From Eledone cirrhosa (taxonomy: Eukaryota): a stretch of DNA of 64,000 nt. Positions 29,098 to 43,879 of this stretch are shown here, one piece after another; the stretch's first letter is position 1; every line of letters begins with the position of its first letter. The position numbers and the translations under genes were made by a program. The stretch is from NCBI GenBank assembly GCA_964016885.1, contig OZ024751.1, forward strand, positions 5,952,001 through 6,016,000. Direction: 5' to 3'. The notes below the pieces were generated by a model. The model did not search any database. It saw nothing but the letters and a program-made list of their open reading frames with translations, and was not told the DNA's origin.

Positions 29098-30833
29098 AAT
29101 ATATGTTATTATTACATAACCATATATAAATTTATAATTAATAATCATCAACCAACAATTAATTATTAATTTTTCAATTAATTATCATTAAAAAATAATA
29201 AAAGATAATAAAAAAAATAACAAAAATTATGTTTAAAATATAGGAATCTTTCTAAACCCATGGAAATTCAGAGATTTTACCTAAGAATAATATCTTCTTC
29301 GTAATAGCAATACAGCGTGAAGGAAATTAAGTGATTTATTTGTAATTTAGATAGTTCTAAGGATTAAATGTTATAAAGGTTAAGATGATAAAGAAAGTTA
29401 AGATTATTAAAAAATCTTATATTATTTTATAACAAGTTATAATTTTATAAATTTTATATATTTTATAAATCCACTTGTTATACAGTTGTGTATGTTAAAA
29501 TATAAGTTTGTTTACTATAACGTCTCAATGTTTAAAGTTTTTCATAAGAATATATCTAAAGCATAAACCGTAAAAAACCTTTTATAAGAGTTCATTCAAT
29601 GCTTCTTCTGAGAATTGTGCTCTTTGTATAGAGGAAATATTCTTTATATTAAAAAGCAAAAATTCTGTGAATTTAAGGAACAATCTTTTCAGTTGCTGCA
29701 AACATAGATTAAATTCAACGTTTAAATATAAATTTAAAATGTAATATATTACTCAACTTATTAAACCTATTGATAAATCATTAGATTCCTACATACGACT
29801 GCCTAAAACTCTTTTAAATGAAAAATGTATTCTTAAAAAATTTTTCCTTGAAAATTCTTCTAGATAAACATATTGAAAGTTTTAAAAAAAAAAGGGATTT
29901 TTTGAAAATTTCTTTTTTGAAAATTTCTCTTATGGGTATAAAAAATTAAGATAAACATACTGAAAGGGTTTTTTGTTAATTCCTCTGATGGATATAAAAA
30001 ATTATAATTCATATTTTATACTGTGTTTTTTCTATATATTTTAAAAATTATATTGCTTAAAAATTATATTGCTTAAAAATTATAATTCCTTTTCAAATTA
30101 TATAATTATATTTTTATAATTGTAATTCCTTTTAAAATTATAATCCTTTTTAAAATTATAACTCATATTTTATTTTATTTTATATTATGTATTTTGTATT
30201 TATATATATATGTATATATGTGTATATATGTGTGTATATGTATGTATATATATATGTATGTATATATGTGTATGTATATATATGTATACATGTATGTATG
30301 TCTGTGTATGTATATGTATATATATCAAAATGTATAATTTGAATACATTCTATGAATGAACTCTTATAAAAGGTTTTTTACGGTTTATGCTTTAGATATA
30401 TTCTTATGAAAAACTTTAAATATTAAGACGTTATTGTAAACAAACTTATAATTTAACAGTCACAATTGTATAACAGGTGGATTTATAAAATATATAAAAT
30501 TTATAAAATTATAACTTGCTACAAAATAATATAATATTTTTTAATAATCTTAACTGTTTTTATCATCTTAACCTTTATAACATTTAGTCCTTAGAGCTAT
30601 CTAAATTACAAATAAATCACTTAATTTCCTTCACGCTGTATTGCTATTACGAAGAAGAGATTATTCATAGGTAAAATCTCTGAATTTCGATGGGTTTAGA
30701 AACATTCCTATATTTTAAACGCTAACATTTTTTTATTTTTTATTATTTTTTATTGATAATTAATTGAAAAATTAATAACTAATTGTTGATTGATTATTAT
30801 TAATAATAAATTTATAAATGGTTATGTAATAAT

Positions 30834-30845
<12 letters not shown>
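29098..30845. mobile_element. Very AT-rich foldback element with about 500-bp inverted arms, in TA repeats
   Basis: 29098-29599 is the reverse complement of about 30352-30845. Confidence 0.85.
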
Positions 30846-30912
<67 letters not shown>

Positions 30913-31675
30913 ATATATGTGTGTATGAGTGTATATATATGTATATAAGGTTGTGCGTAGGTATGTGTGCGCGCGTATGTGTGTGTATATGTGTATGTTT
31001 GTGTGGGCCGTGCCTGCCGGACCGGACATATGGCGAGACTTAAGCAGGCGTTAATAGGCTTGTGGCGGTCTGTATCTATAAGTGGGTGTGTCTGGGTCTG
31101 TGGAAGTGAGGGAGAGTGTGTGTGTATATATATATATATGTTGTGGGGTATGTGTGTGTCTGCGCATGTCTGCGTACATATGTGTATGCACGCATGTGTC
31201 TGTGTCTGCCTGTGTGTGTATTTGTATGTGTGGGTACATGCTCTGGAGTGTGATCAGACGTGTGAGATACCAAATCCAGCATGACTCCATTGAAGTGTGT
31301 CGTTCGGAAAATGGTCGATGACCCGTGTAGCAGTAAATAGTGACCAGAACTTAAGATGACGTGGAGTAACAACAGCCAATGGCATGGCAAGAGTGGAAGA
31401 GGTTTTTTGAGGGTGTTTGTTGCTGATAACACCCCAGTGATAAAATTTGCTCCGAACGAACTACACGTGTCTGTAGGAACAGGCAGCCAGATCCATACAG
31501 GGACCATGTCTCGAGCTACCTGCCGGCAAAACAATTGTAACACGCAATAAATTGAGTCCAGATGCAACACTGATTTTTCGTTTTCTTTATACTATCTACA
31601 CTCTACTCTAATGAATATTGAGTGCAAATTTTGGCATACCGTCTATGGAAGCACCATAGCTACCATTATACACAA

Positions 31676-31828
<153 letters not shown>

Positions 31829-32211
31829 GAGGTTATATTTAATTTGTTGGGATTCAACAAGCTCCGTTAAGGTTGTCTTTGTTTGAGGGTATACTCTTTT
31901 ACCTGTTTCAGCCATCCGGCTGAGGCCATGCTGTCAATATTTATTTATAATACAAATCTGTATTGTATTTTATCTGATGAAAGCACACCATAATTTGCCT
32001 TGGTGACCCTTTAAATATGTATAATAAAATAAATATGGTTTTATAAATATAGTTTCCATTTGTTAATATATTGTATATATATACATATATATATGTGTGT
32101 GTGAGTGTGTGTAAAAGGCAAACAGGAATAATAACACAATCGGTAAAGTACATTGGTACATCGGTACAGAAGGAATATATTAGGTTCACTCTTGAAATAG
32201 CAGGAAGAGGG

Positions 32212-32247
32212 TCTTAACGTTTCGAACGCTAATCCTTCATCAGAAGA
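32212..32247 (-). ncRNA. Minimal type I hammerhead ribozyme
   Basis: Minus strand: TCTT-CTGATGA-a-GGA-ttagcg-TTC-GAAA-CG-TT-AAGA. Confidence 0.78.
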
Positions 32248-32388
32248 AAGAACGAGAAATAAGATAGATTGAGGGGACGTGCGGGTTAGAATTGAAAAAA
32301 TAATAGGTTCATTCAAGGTGCATATATAATGTATATATAATGTATATATAATGCATATATAATGTATATATACATATATATATATATA

Positions 32389-32419
<31 letters not shown>

Positions 32420-32424
32420 CAATA

Positions 32425-32484
<60 letters not shown>

Positions 32485-32643
32485 GTTTATAAATAGGCAC
32501 ATATATATTTGGAAATATATATTCATATCTATATATGTATATGTATACATATATATATATATATATATATACATATTCATATACATATATATATATGTGC
32601 GTGTGTGTGAGCGTGCGCATATATGTACATATACACATACATA

Positions 32644-32678
<35 letters not shown>

Positions 32679-32745
32679 TACATAATACACACACACACAC
32701 ACACACACACACAACACACACACACACGCACACGCACACACACAC

Positions 32746-32818
<73 letters not shown>

Positions 32819-33182
32819 GAGTTCTGCCATATGTTTCACAGTATATGGGAGATATAGGAATATACACAATTTAAATCATTACTTTACTGGGAAAAATAGC
32901 TTCATTTACAACGTAATGTACGTCGACAATACATTTTATTAACAAAGGAACTACAGGGGTTTCAACATAATTAGTAGCGCTATTAATGTATATTGATCGC
33001 CTTTGAAATGAAGTAATCAAAGCAATCAAACAATGCAAACGTGAAATTTAATAATTATTTCTGTGAAATTAAAGTAATTTCAGTAATATAATCTACAAGC
33101 ATATCGAACAAATTACACAATTTAATGAATGTATCGCTATATTTCAGAAGAGAGCAATACAACGAATGTTATATATATTTAC

Positions 33183-33299
<117 letters not shown>

Positions 33300-33844
33300 T
33301 ATATGTGTGTGTGTGTAAAACGTATACAGAGCAAAGGAAATAACCATATATATATGTACATTTATTTGGATGTGGTTATATGTATGTATGTATGTATGTA
33401 TGTACGTATGTATGTATGTATGAATAATATGACATAATATATATTTGCGTGTGTGTGTATAAACACGTATTAATCATGGTTACTAAAAACAACTGTTAGA
33501 AAATATAAAATTAATATACAAATATGTGTTGTCAATTATAAAATATATATTTGAATGCGTCAATATATGATTTGTTGGGTATTTATGTGTATATCTATGT
33601 GCATCAATACATTTTATATCTACTATAATGTTTTTTCATATCTCAACTCTATATCTATAGCAAAACATTGGATATCAACAAGATCATGATTACGTGTTAT
33701 TATTTACAGATGATCGGAACAGATTTGAGTGAGGAATTAACTACTGAGGTACAACATAAATTTAAACGAGTTTGTTTCAATATATGATCGTTGAATCAGG
33801 CTCTAAAATCTAAAATCTATCGTAAGCAATGTAAGGTTCGTTCG

Positions 33845-34123
33845 TCCGGTGCTCATCCTGGTCTTGAGGCGTGAAGCGACTGAGAGTACAATACCCCCCC
33901 CCCCCCCCCCCCACCACTCACACACACCGGCTGGATAGGGCGCAAGTCCATCGCAGGGTTAAACCCCCAGCTATTGCTGGTACTCATTTTCAGCTGTGTA
34001 TACTGGAGCAACGTGAACTGAAGTGTTTTACTCAAGAACACAACACTGAATCCAGCCCTGGAATCGCATCCACGACATTATCAGCGTAAGTCCAGCACCC
34101 TTATATATAGGTCACGCGCCTCC
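33845..34123 (-). mobile_element. tRNA-derived SINE of a second family (V/Nin-like central domain); related copy about 45660-45830
   Basis: Minus strand tRNA-like head GGAGGCGCGTGACCTA..., then TGTGTTCTTGAGTAAAACACTT, AAATGAGTACC and CCTGCGATGGACT. Confidence 0.65.
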
Positions 34124-34204
34124 AATTATCAGGGTGGAGAAAAGAAATGGGACTCAACTTTGTGCGGCTACCTTTACTTACATATTAGTTACTACATTAA
34201 TTGT

Positions 34205-34330
34205 TTCTACGTTAGACACAAGGCCAGCAAATACCCAGTGTATTACTGGTACTTTGTTTTATCGACCCCGTAAGGATGAAAGGCAAAGTTAACCTCGGCG
34301 GGATTTGAACTCAGAATGGCAAGTGCCGTA
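34205..34330 (-). mobile_element. tRNA-derived SINE (main family), partial
   Basis: Matches 47075-47200. Confidence 0.8.
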
Positions 34331-35803
34331 TTAGTTACTACATTAATGTCACACAAAATGTTTGCTAAAGATTACCGATTAGGCCCATAAGGCAAAAGTG
34401 AAAAAATTAAACTACGCATTTCGTATGCTCCCTTTCCGGAAAACTAGATTATATTGCATAGCTATTGAAATTATAGAACTATTTAAATGACATAGAGTTT
34501 ACTGAAACATTTACTACAATATTTGGACAATAAATATGCGATCGTTAGATTAATGCCAACGAAACAATTCTGTTGAAAATGATATTGAAGCATGAGAAAA
34601 AAATGGAATTAAATAGGGACACGATTTGTTGAAGCAGCATAGTTTCGTCCCTTAAAGTGGAGTGTTTCGGCACTTAGCTTCTTGCGCTATCTGAAATAAA
34701 GAACTAAGTCTGAAAATCAACCTCATTATTTTCAACGGTCGAATATTTGTTATAGTTACCACCCGTCCAACACCTATATTATAATGGATTCAGATTTAGG
34801 AATATTTCAGAACGTCGGATAAAGTGCTTTATAACTCTCTGCTCTCAGATATGAAATCCCACTGAAGTCAATTTTGCTTTTCTTCCTTTCAAAGTCGATA
34901 ATCAAAATATCATGTTGTCATCAGTTCTGGTTACAATAAGCATATATGCCTATAATGCTGCAAAATGCTATTCCCAATTTTCAAATTCCTACAGCTTCTT
35001 GTTCGTCATCTTTCGAATAAATTCCCATACACTGCAGATCGTCAATTAATATTCCTCCCTGAGTGAGTTTTGCCTGCTTTACTTTTCTCACATCTCTTTC
35101 TATATCAATACCTTTATTAAATGTCGCTGATTTAGTAGGCGCAAAATATATTCTGTTAATCGGCATCAGCGTTCCGTTACAATATCTTATATTTTTCGTA
35201 ACTTAAACCTCTAGTCAATAGATGAGTGGATATTGGATGCATACATACACTCACACGCACGCACAAATATACTTGCATACATACACACACACTCACAGAC
35301 ATACACAACTGAAATATGAAAATGTAATGAAGTGAAAATCAAACCAAACAGTGAGTGTGTTTTACTATATTTTTCTGACAATATTATAACAACACGATCC
35401 TCCCATATGTGACGTCGCAGTTCTGGAAATACTTGAAATTTGGAACGATTATCATCCCAATATTTGCTAGGTCCTTATTTATACGCAGATAGCCCTAGAT
35501 AATGTCATAATAACCAAGGAATAATACCCAACCAAAGGATTAGTAAAATACACAAACTGCCTGACAAAGATCAATTGAACGATAGGGAAATTGTCTTGAT
35601 AACTATACACTGTATAATTCCTCTTTAACAAATACTTTGATATTTTAATAAATATATTCTTGCCTTCCATCTCACCATTCTTCTTTTAAATTTGCTTTCT
35701 TCAGATTTTACGTCGTTCCATGTCCATGGAACACACACAGGCACATTATATATATATGTATATACATATATATATACATATATATATATACACATATATA
35801 TAT

Positions 35804-35922
<119 letters not shown>

Positions 35923-36074
35923 TATAGAGAGAGAGAGAGTGAGATAGATTGATATATCATTTAAATTTGAAAATGTCACGTTACTTTAAACGGATTTATA
36001 TATCCACAAACTATGATTAACTATATTAACGTATATGTATATTATTATATGTATATATATATATGTCTAGGGTG

Positions 36075-37025
36075 AGTAAAATTCCCGAGATCCATGGACG
36101 AGTTCTCTCCAGCGGACTCTGTCCCTCATTATCGCTGCCATGTCCTGCGTCACCAACAGACCAGTGTCTGTCCTTACAGCATCAACATACGTTAACCTTG
36201 GTCTTCCTCTTCCAGTGTGTCCATGTAGGGGCCCCCACAGGAGCACTGAGTGCAATGTCAACTCTGGATGCCGGTGAGCATACCTCAGCTAACCTCAGGC
36301 TCCTCTGTGTCAGTTTTGAGCTGACATTTGGGAGGTTCCCATACAGCTCTGAGTTTTTCATCCTCAGTGTATACTGATTAATGTTCAGAGCCATCCTCAG
36401 CATTCTCGTGTAGCACCCATCCACCATCTGAGTGAGTTTCTTGGTCAATGTCCAAGTTTCAGACCCGTACGGCAGCACAGACTCGACTACAGCAATGAAG
36501 AGGCGGATTTTCAGGTCTTTACGAAGGTCTTACTTCGACACCGATCTCAAGCTGTGGCACCCAGGCTTTGTTCTTCCTCTCAACCACATCATCTTCCGTT
36601 TTCCCAATCTTTGCTCCCAAATACAGGAATTCCTCAACCAATTCTAGCGGCTTACCGCCTACATTAGTAATCCCCTCTGGCTTCACAAGATTCTCTACCA
36701 GACATTTTGTCTTAGTCTCATTCATTCTCAGCCCCACACTCATCGACACAGTCTCAACCTCCCGCATCAAATCCTCTGCCTCCTTCACTGGATTTGTCAC
36801 CAAAACTATGTCGTCGGCAAATTCAGCATCCGGTATCTTTTTCACCTTTAATCTCCTGCTTTGAGCTGGTGTTACAGTAAAGCCAGAGTCCTGATGTTTC
36901 TCCAGTGCAAGGCGCATACAATAGTCCACTACGATGATAAAAAGGTAGGGAGCCAATGTATCTCCCTGGAGCACTCCAGCCAATATTTCAAAGAACTCTG
37001 TCATCCCATCAGGTGTAATGACTTA
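36075..37025 (-). mobile_element. RTE-clade LINE 3' fragment, decayed
   Basis: GVLQGDTLAPYLFIIVVDY, FADDIVL, FLYLG, YGSETWTLT, GRGRPRLTY. Confidence 0.88.
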
Positions 37026-37027
37026 GG

Positions 37028-37105
<78 letters not shown>

Positions 37106-37169
37106 TACATATACATAAGACATTAGGTATATATATATTAGGTATCTATCTATCTATCTAAGGCGGGTA

Positions 37170-37720
37170 AAATTACCGAGATCCATGGACTAGTTCTCTC
37201 CAGCGGTCTCTGTCCCTCATTATCGCTGCCATGTCCTGCGTCTCCAACATACCAGTGTCTGTCCTTAGGGCATCAACATACGTTAACCTTGGTCTTCCTC
37301 TTCCAGTGTGTCCATGTAGGGGCTCCCAAAGGAGTACTGAGTGCAATGTCAACTCTGGATGTCGGTGAGCATGTCCAGCTAACCTCAGTCTCCTCTGTGT
37401 CACTTTTGAGCTGAGTTTTGGGATGCTCCCATACAGCTCTGCGTTTTTCATCCTCAGTGTATACTGATTAATGTTCAGAGCCATCCTCAGCATTCTCGTG
37501 TAGCACCCATCCACCATCTGAGTGAGTTTCTTGGTCAGTGTCCAAGTCTCAGACCCATACAGTAGCACAGACTCCACTACAGCAATGAAGAGGCGGATTT
37601 TCAGGTCTCTACGAAGGTCCGACTTCCACACCGATCTCAAGCTGTGGCACGCTGCCCAGGCCTTGCTCTTCCTCTCAACCACATCATCTTCCGTATTCCC
37701 AATCTTTGCTCCCAATATCT
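37170..37720 (-). mobile_element. Second RTE-clade 3' fragment of the same family
   Basis: ESVLLYGSETWTLT...RRLRLAGHAHRHPE...GRGRPRLTYVDAL. Confidence 0.88.
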
Positions 37721-37802
37721 GGTAGAGAATGTTGAGAAGCAAGAGGGGATCACTAATGTAGGCGGGAAGCCGCTGTAATTGGTTGAGGACTTCCTGTATA
37801 TT

Positions 37803-37882
<80 letters not shown>

Positions 37883-38027
37883 CTAATGTCTTATCTATAT
37901 TTTCATTGTCTATTCCTACATCCACCTCCTGTTATAGGGAGATGTAGAAATATACATTTATAGAAGCACAAACATTACAATGCACAGGCCGACAGAGAGG
38001 AAGATTAATTCGTGGATGGAACTAGAA

Positions 38028-38066
<39 letters not shown>

Positions 38067-38085
38067 TGTACGTATACACACACAT

Positions 38086-38121
<36 letters not shown>

Positions 38122-39182
38122 GAGCACTGAAAGTTCCATGGTGGCTGTGGTTGGGAAAGTGGAGAGCTATGTTAGTTTGAGGTGGGTGATTGATTCTTCT
38201 GTCATTGCATTAGCATTGGTCGATTTTACTCTGGAATCCAAAGTAGATTGTACTTAGAAAGAAAAGTTATAAATAATGCAATAACCTTTAAAACTAATAC
38301 AAGTGATGCATGTTGAAATAATATACGACAGAGAATAACTGTGGCAGGATAAAAAGGAAAGGAATATTGAGGACATTTTCATACATTGATATTTGACAGT
38401 ATACAGAAATATCTATTAATGTTTAAAAGTGTTCATGTTTATTTGTGTATTCCTCTATGTTAGTTCTTTTAGTGAACAATACATTATCATGAATGCTTAT
38501 TTGAACAGTGATACCTGAGAAGCCAAAATATGAATTTCTTTAAACGAGTTCAACTAGTAATCTCTTTGGAAATATTGTACTGAATCACATTGTTATTTTA
38601 TTCAGACATTTTATTGAAACCGTGTAACTGTAATTATTATCATTCACCTTTCAACGCGGTAGTTCATAAAATGTTTGTAATGAACTACAATTTTAAATTT
38701 ATCATATGTTTGCCGGGAAACTAATTTTCATTTTCAATTCCAATTAGAAAACTTATATTTATGCTTTTAATTAAAGCAACCCAAACAGTTCTGATAAAAT
38801 CATTCAACTTTAATTTAGCCTTTCTAATAGATACGTTTATAACAAATTAGTACATTTGACCGGATATGCCAAAGAGACAGAGTCATCTCTAATGATATAA
38901 CACATGTTATTAACTTATTGACCTCCTCAGTTATTCAAAAATTCAGCGATTCGCTATATGGAAGACAGCCATATTATCCTGGACATAAAGCTTGATTTAT
39001 TTCTTCGCTAATATTTAAAGTTTCAATAGCTGGATGATGTATTTATGTTTAGGCGACAAGCACCTACACACATACACAAACACGCGTGTGTGTGTATGCA
39101 TGTAAATATATATGTATATATATATATGCATGTAAATATATATGTATAAATATATATATTTATATAAATATATATACTTGTG

Positions 39183-39225
<43 letters not shown>

Positions 39226-39959
39226 TAAAAGAGAAAACACAGGTAAGCATTAAGAGAAGGATTTTATCCAGGTATTTACGACCGTTTCATTGGTAAGTGC
39301 AACCTTATATTGCTATACTGCAAATAGCAGCCACTCAATTATAACTGTTGTTCACAGTCCAAATTTTCAAAATAGTAAGTTACTCTTGAAATAATTCTTA
39401 ATATATAGAGAAAAACATTTATTTGGAGTTGTATTTACTAGTATAGAGAGAAAGGAATCAGGAGGTGAGGGGACAGACGGAATTGTATAGAGAGAGAGGA
39501 AGGGGAAAAGGTAGGAAGTAGAATGACAAACTGAGATGGAGGGAGGAGTAGAGGTGGAAGGATTCCTTGGTCAGTTTTGATAGCAGACTTCATGTCGTGG
39601 AATGTAGTGAGTTAAAGAGAATTAAATTGATCATAGTGGGAGGGATGGATAGAGAGGGAGAGGGGGGGGGGGGGGCAGAGATATAAAGAGATAAATAAAT
39701 ATATATATATATATATAAAAATATAAAGATAAAGATAATAATGACAAACATAAAAGCAAAGAAGGGTGTGAGAAAGAAGAAAAGAAAAGATAGCCAGGAA
39801 GGGGAGGGAAGGAAGCAAGAAAACGAAGAAATAGAAGAGGAATGAGGGAGAAGAGGGGGATATATGTATTGGTTTTGTGGGTAATTAAAGGGTTTAGATA
39901 CAACAAAATGGTATAAAGTCTAAGTATATGCAGTTTGTCAGTTGGTAGTAAGAGGTTAA

Positions 39960-40720
39960 GGGTTCGATTTGTAGTGCGAAAACTTCTCTTTGAGTCTATG
40001 GTTACAATAAATTGATCTCTCGATTTTATTGTTGAGTAACTTATTCTTCGAACTTAAGATGTGGAACAGCTCAAGGTCGCATAATCGACAGCTATGGGGG
40101 CGCGTTCGATAATTTTTTCCACTTCAGGGTGTATTGATGGTTACTTTCCCTCAGTTGCCAGGTCTTGTTTGCAAGGGTAGTTACATAACGGTTCTGGGAA
40201 TGTTTCATTGCGTAACGGTGTGTGTACCAACGGGCTTTAAATGTATTCCCAGTCGCTCCGATGTAATACCATTTCTGGTTGTCTGATTCCACTGTGCATT
40301 GGTAAACCAGGTTAGACTGCATACATTCATTATGTAATGGACAGGGTTCAGGTAGGTGACAGTTACAGTTCTTGTCATGGGCAACTTTGGCATTATTTGT
40401 GGGCTGCGATGCCTGAACAAGTGTGTGACGTTTTGCTTGCCTATTAGCGGGTGGTTGTGTATTAGATATTCTGTTGTGTTCGGTGGTGATTGTATTGTTA
40501 TTGTTGTAAATTTGTGTTTTGGTGTTGTTATGTATCTTTTTAGCGTTAAGCATCTTAATGTGTGCCTCTATATTTGGTACCGTGGAGTAAGATAGTCTAA
40601 TGGATTTAGTGTTAAGGATTTTTCTGTATCTATGTGAATCTGGAAAGTGCTTATTTATTATTCTAAAGAAGGTAGAGGGTAGGTTAGTACTAATAGAGGT
40701 GTTAAATATGGGGTTATACC
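39960..40720 (-). mobile_element. Naiad-type PLE fragment (linker + GIY-YIG)
   Basis: NCNCHLPEPCPLHNECMQSNLVYQCTV...YYIGATGNTFKARW; CRLCDLE in a shifted frame. Confidence 0.88.
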
Positions 40721-40722
40721 AA

Positions 40723-40762
<40 letters not shown>

Positions 40763-40931
40763 GTCTATATATATTTATTCAGGTTTGAGGTTCACCACTG
40801 TATAGAGCTGGTCTATTCCGTATGGTCAATCGTAATGCAATAATATAGAGAGTACTCAACGTAAGGCAGTTCAACCGTCTTTGTTTTTGTAGTTGGTGGT
40901 GCTATTACGGAGTTAAATATTATAATGAAAT

Positions 40932-41279
40932 GACAGGAGGCTGGATTGGTGTAAATCCTTGAAAGGTTTATTATACTATGATCATTTCAAAGACCGGGTT
41001 CCGTATGAATCCGGTGATATCATCAGGTATTCGAAATATAATACGTGAATGTAATAGATAAAATCCATGGGGCTGAAAATCGAGGACCCGAGGGCGACTG
41101 CTATTCTGTTCCTTCAACCTCAGCCGGTCGATTTTCAACCCCATGGATTTTATCTATTACATTCACGTATTATATTTCGAATACCTGATGATATTACCGG
41201 ATTCATACGGAACCCGGTCATTGAAATGATCATAGTATAATAAACCTTTCAAGGATTTACACAAATCCAGCCTCCTGTC
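40932..41279. repeat. Foldback element with about 150-bp arms, each holding an HHR-like relic
   Basis: 40932-41083 versus 41128-41279. Arm motif CTGATGA...CCG-gattcata-CGG-AAC-CCGG-TC at about 41185-41219. Confidence 0.88.
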
Positions 41280-41305
41280 TATATATATATATATGCATGT
41301 AAATA

Positions 41306-41338
<33 letters not shown>

Positions 41339-41599
41339 GCATGTAAATATATATGTATATATGTATATATATATATACTCACACAGACGCAAAAACTCCC
41401 GTATGCACATAACCAAATGCACATGTACCAGTATATATAATATATACGCCATAACATATACAAGCAAATATACGTACGAGAAAGTATACGTACTTTCACA
41501 AAACATACAGGTAATATATACTTACCTATACAAATAAGTAATAGTATAAAAATAACATATACTTAGCTACCACATCAAGACGTAAAATATCCGCGTATA

Positions 41600-42645
41600 G
41601 TTCGTACTATCTGTTAGGGTATAATGTGGGGCTGTAATACTGGAGAGTTTTGTGCAATTTATGTTTACAAGCCGAAATTGCCTCAAATATTTTGTTTAAA
41701 ATATGGTCTTTGGCGTAGAGTATTTCCAGGGCCTCGGCGGCGCTGAGTAACATGGTCTTTTATTTCCGTTATACGATCTAGCCTCAGCTAGGATCTCCCA
41801 GTGTAAACTATATTGGGTTTGGTTGTCTTTTAGACTCCAGATATAAGCTGAGAGTGACGTCATTTTCCTTCTTAAAGGGTTAATACAAGAATGGGTATGC
41901 ATGTAAAAACGCTGCTTGAATCTATTGGCGGTTAACCTTATGTTGGCCCTACGAGACGTGGGTGTTTCAACCTTACATTTGTAGACAATGTTACTAGAGA
42001 GGCATTTCCCGGATAGGGGGCAATCAACCCGATTCCTCCAATTACAGTTAGTACTAGCTACAGGGTTACACGTGTTCCTACGGCTAGGTAATTTAGCTAC
42101 ATTAGAAGCTGTGATGTTATGAGCAAGGTTAGGAGTCATAGAGTAAGAAATGTTAATGGTATTTCTCTTCAAAATTTTATTATATTTATGTGCTGGGGGT
42201 GGGGCATGCTTCATAATAAGGGAGAGAAAGATCTTAGCTAATGGTGTGGCCACCTCCATATTATATGGTGGGTTATACCATATAATGCGTAGGGATCTAT
42301 TTTTCCTACGTCTATTCTCGTAGTCTGTATAAGTTAACATATCGACAAATCCACTCCGAGCAAGAGCTTCATTGTAATATGTGGAATGGTCGTTTAAAAT
42401 ATGCTCATTTGTAGATAGACGGGAACGCCTCAAAGAGACGTTTCTTACCAGGTTCTTGGTTATGCTGGCAGGATGGTTAGAATGCTTACTTATGTAATTA
42501 ACCGTTTCATTCGGCTTTCTATACGGGTACTGCAAGCCATTCGAGAAACTGAGGGTAACGTGGATGTAATTAACGACCGAGAAGTTGGCCTAAACCTGTA
42601 TGGAGAGGTTGAAGCCTTTAAAGAAGGCTGTGAGTTCCTTTCTGA
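41600..42645 (-). mobile_element. Naiad-type PLE fragment (RT thumb + GIY-YIG)
   Basis: YRKPNETVNYISKHSNHP, IIWYNPPYN, NCNWRNRVDCPLSGKC, IVYKCKV. Confidence 0.88.
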
Positions 42646-42993
42646 ACCTGTCACAAGCACGTAACATGTCCTGAACAAGCAATGCCTGTGCTTTGAAGGT
42701 TTTTTAAATGCGGAAATATCTTCCACTCGAACCATCCAACTCTCAGAGGATCGAAAAATATATATATATATATATATATATACATACATACACACATACG
42801 CGCGTTTGTGTATTTATGTAGGTGTTTGCCACCTAAACATAAATATGTATATAAAAGACAGTGAGAAGCGAAAACCAACCAAAGAGTGAGTGTGTTCTGT
42901 TATTAATTCTGGCAATATTACGCAAATATGACCCTCCCCAAGTATAACAATATGTATATCTATATATATCTATAAATGTATATATATACATAA

Positions 42994-43162
<169 letters not shown>

Positions 43163-43177
43163 GTTTTAATATAGATG

Positions 43178-43228
43178 AGATTCTACAGGACTAGAACTGT
43201 TTCATTCTTTAGAAATCATCAGGAATCT
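43178..43228 (-). ncRNA. Type I hammerhead ribozyme, GUA site
   Basis: Minus strand: AGATTC-CTGATGA-t-TTC-taaa-GAA-t-GAAA-CAG-ttctagtc-CTG-TA-GAATCT. Confidence 0.82.
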
Positions 43229-43474
43229 GGGTATCAAAAAATAAGTATGGTATTTATAGGTCTCTACAAGTGGTAGGAGTAGGGTGGGGAGTGGGATGGG
43301 CGTAGGTCATTGGTTGATAGAAAAGGGAATTCATTAAAAGCTAATTCTACAAAGCTATAGTTTATTTTTATTTTTATTCTTAGCGTAACAAAGGCAGAAA
43401 GAATTCTATAAACAGGTTCAGGATGGGGTGCCACTCCTTATTATTAAGTTTCTCTATTAAGTTTTTTGATACCC

Positions 43475-43525
43475 AGATTCCTGATGATTTCTAAAGAATG
43501 AAACAGATCTAGTCTTGTAGAATCT
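43475..43525 (+). ncRNA. Type I hammerhead ribozyme, inverted sister copy
   Basis: AGATTC-CTGATGA-tTTCtaaaGAAt-GAAA-CAG-atctagtc-TTG-TA-GAATCT. Stem III is retained through a G-U pair. Confidence 0.8.
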
Positions 43526-43641
43526 CATCTATATTAAAACTGTTATACTCTGCAATGTATTGAGTACCTCACTTACTGTGGCTACCTCCGATTCAACCCG
43601 GAATAACGTATATATATATATATAAATATATATATATATAA

Positions 43642-43876
<235 letters not shown>

Positions 43877-43879
43877 TAC

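Larger units (their letters stand above)
26063..31590 (+). mobile_element. Inverted copy of the 3' end of the Naiad element (26063-27960 and 30885-31590), split by an insertion
   Basis: Reverse-complement match to about 24185-22400 and about 22400-21690. Confidence 0.88.

Noticed and set aside
31310-31365. Possible SECIS (ATGA...AAA...GA) in the Naiad 3' UTR
   Set aside because: The helix does not pair and the element has no in-frame TGA at Cys positions.
34981-35166. 61-aa ORF of normal composition as a host exon
   Set aside because: No recognisable domain, no convincing splice acceptor, no partner exons.
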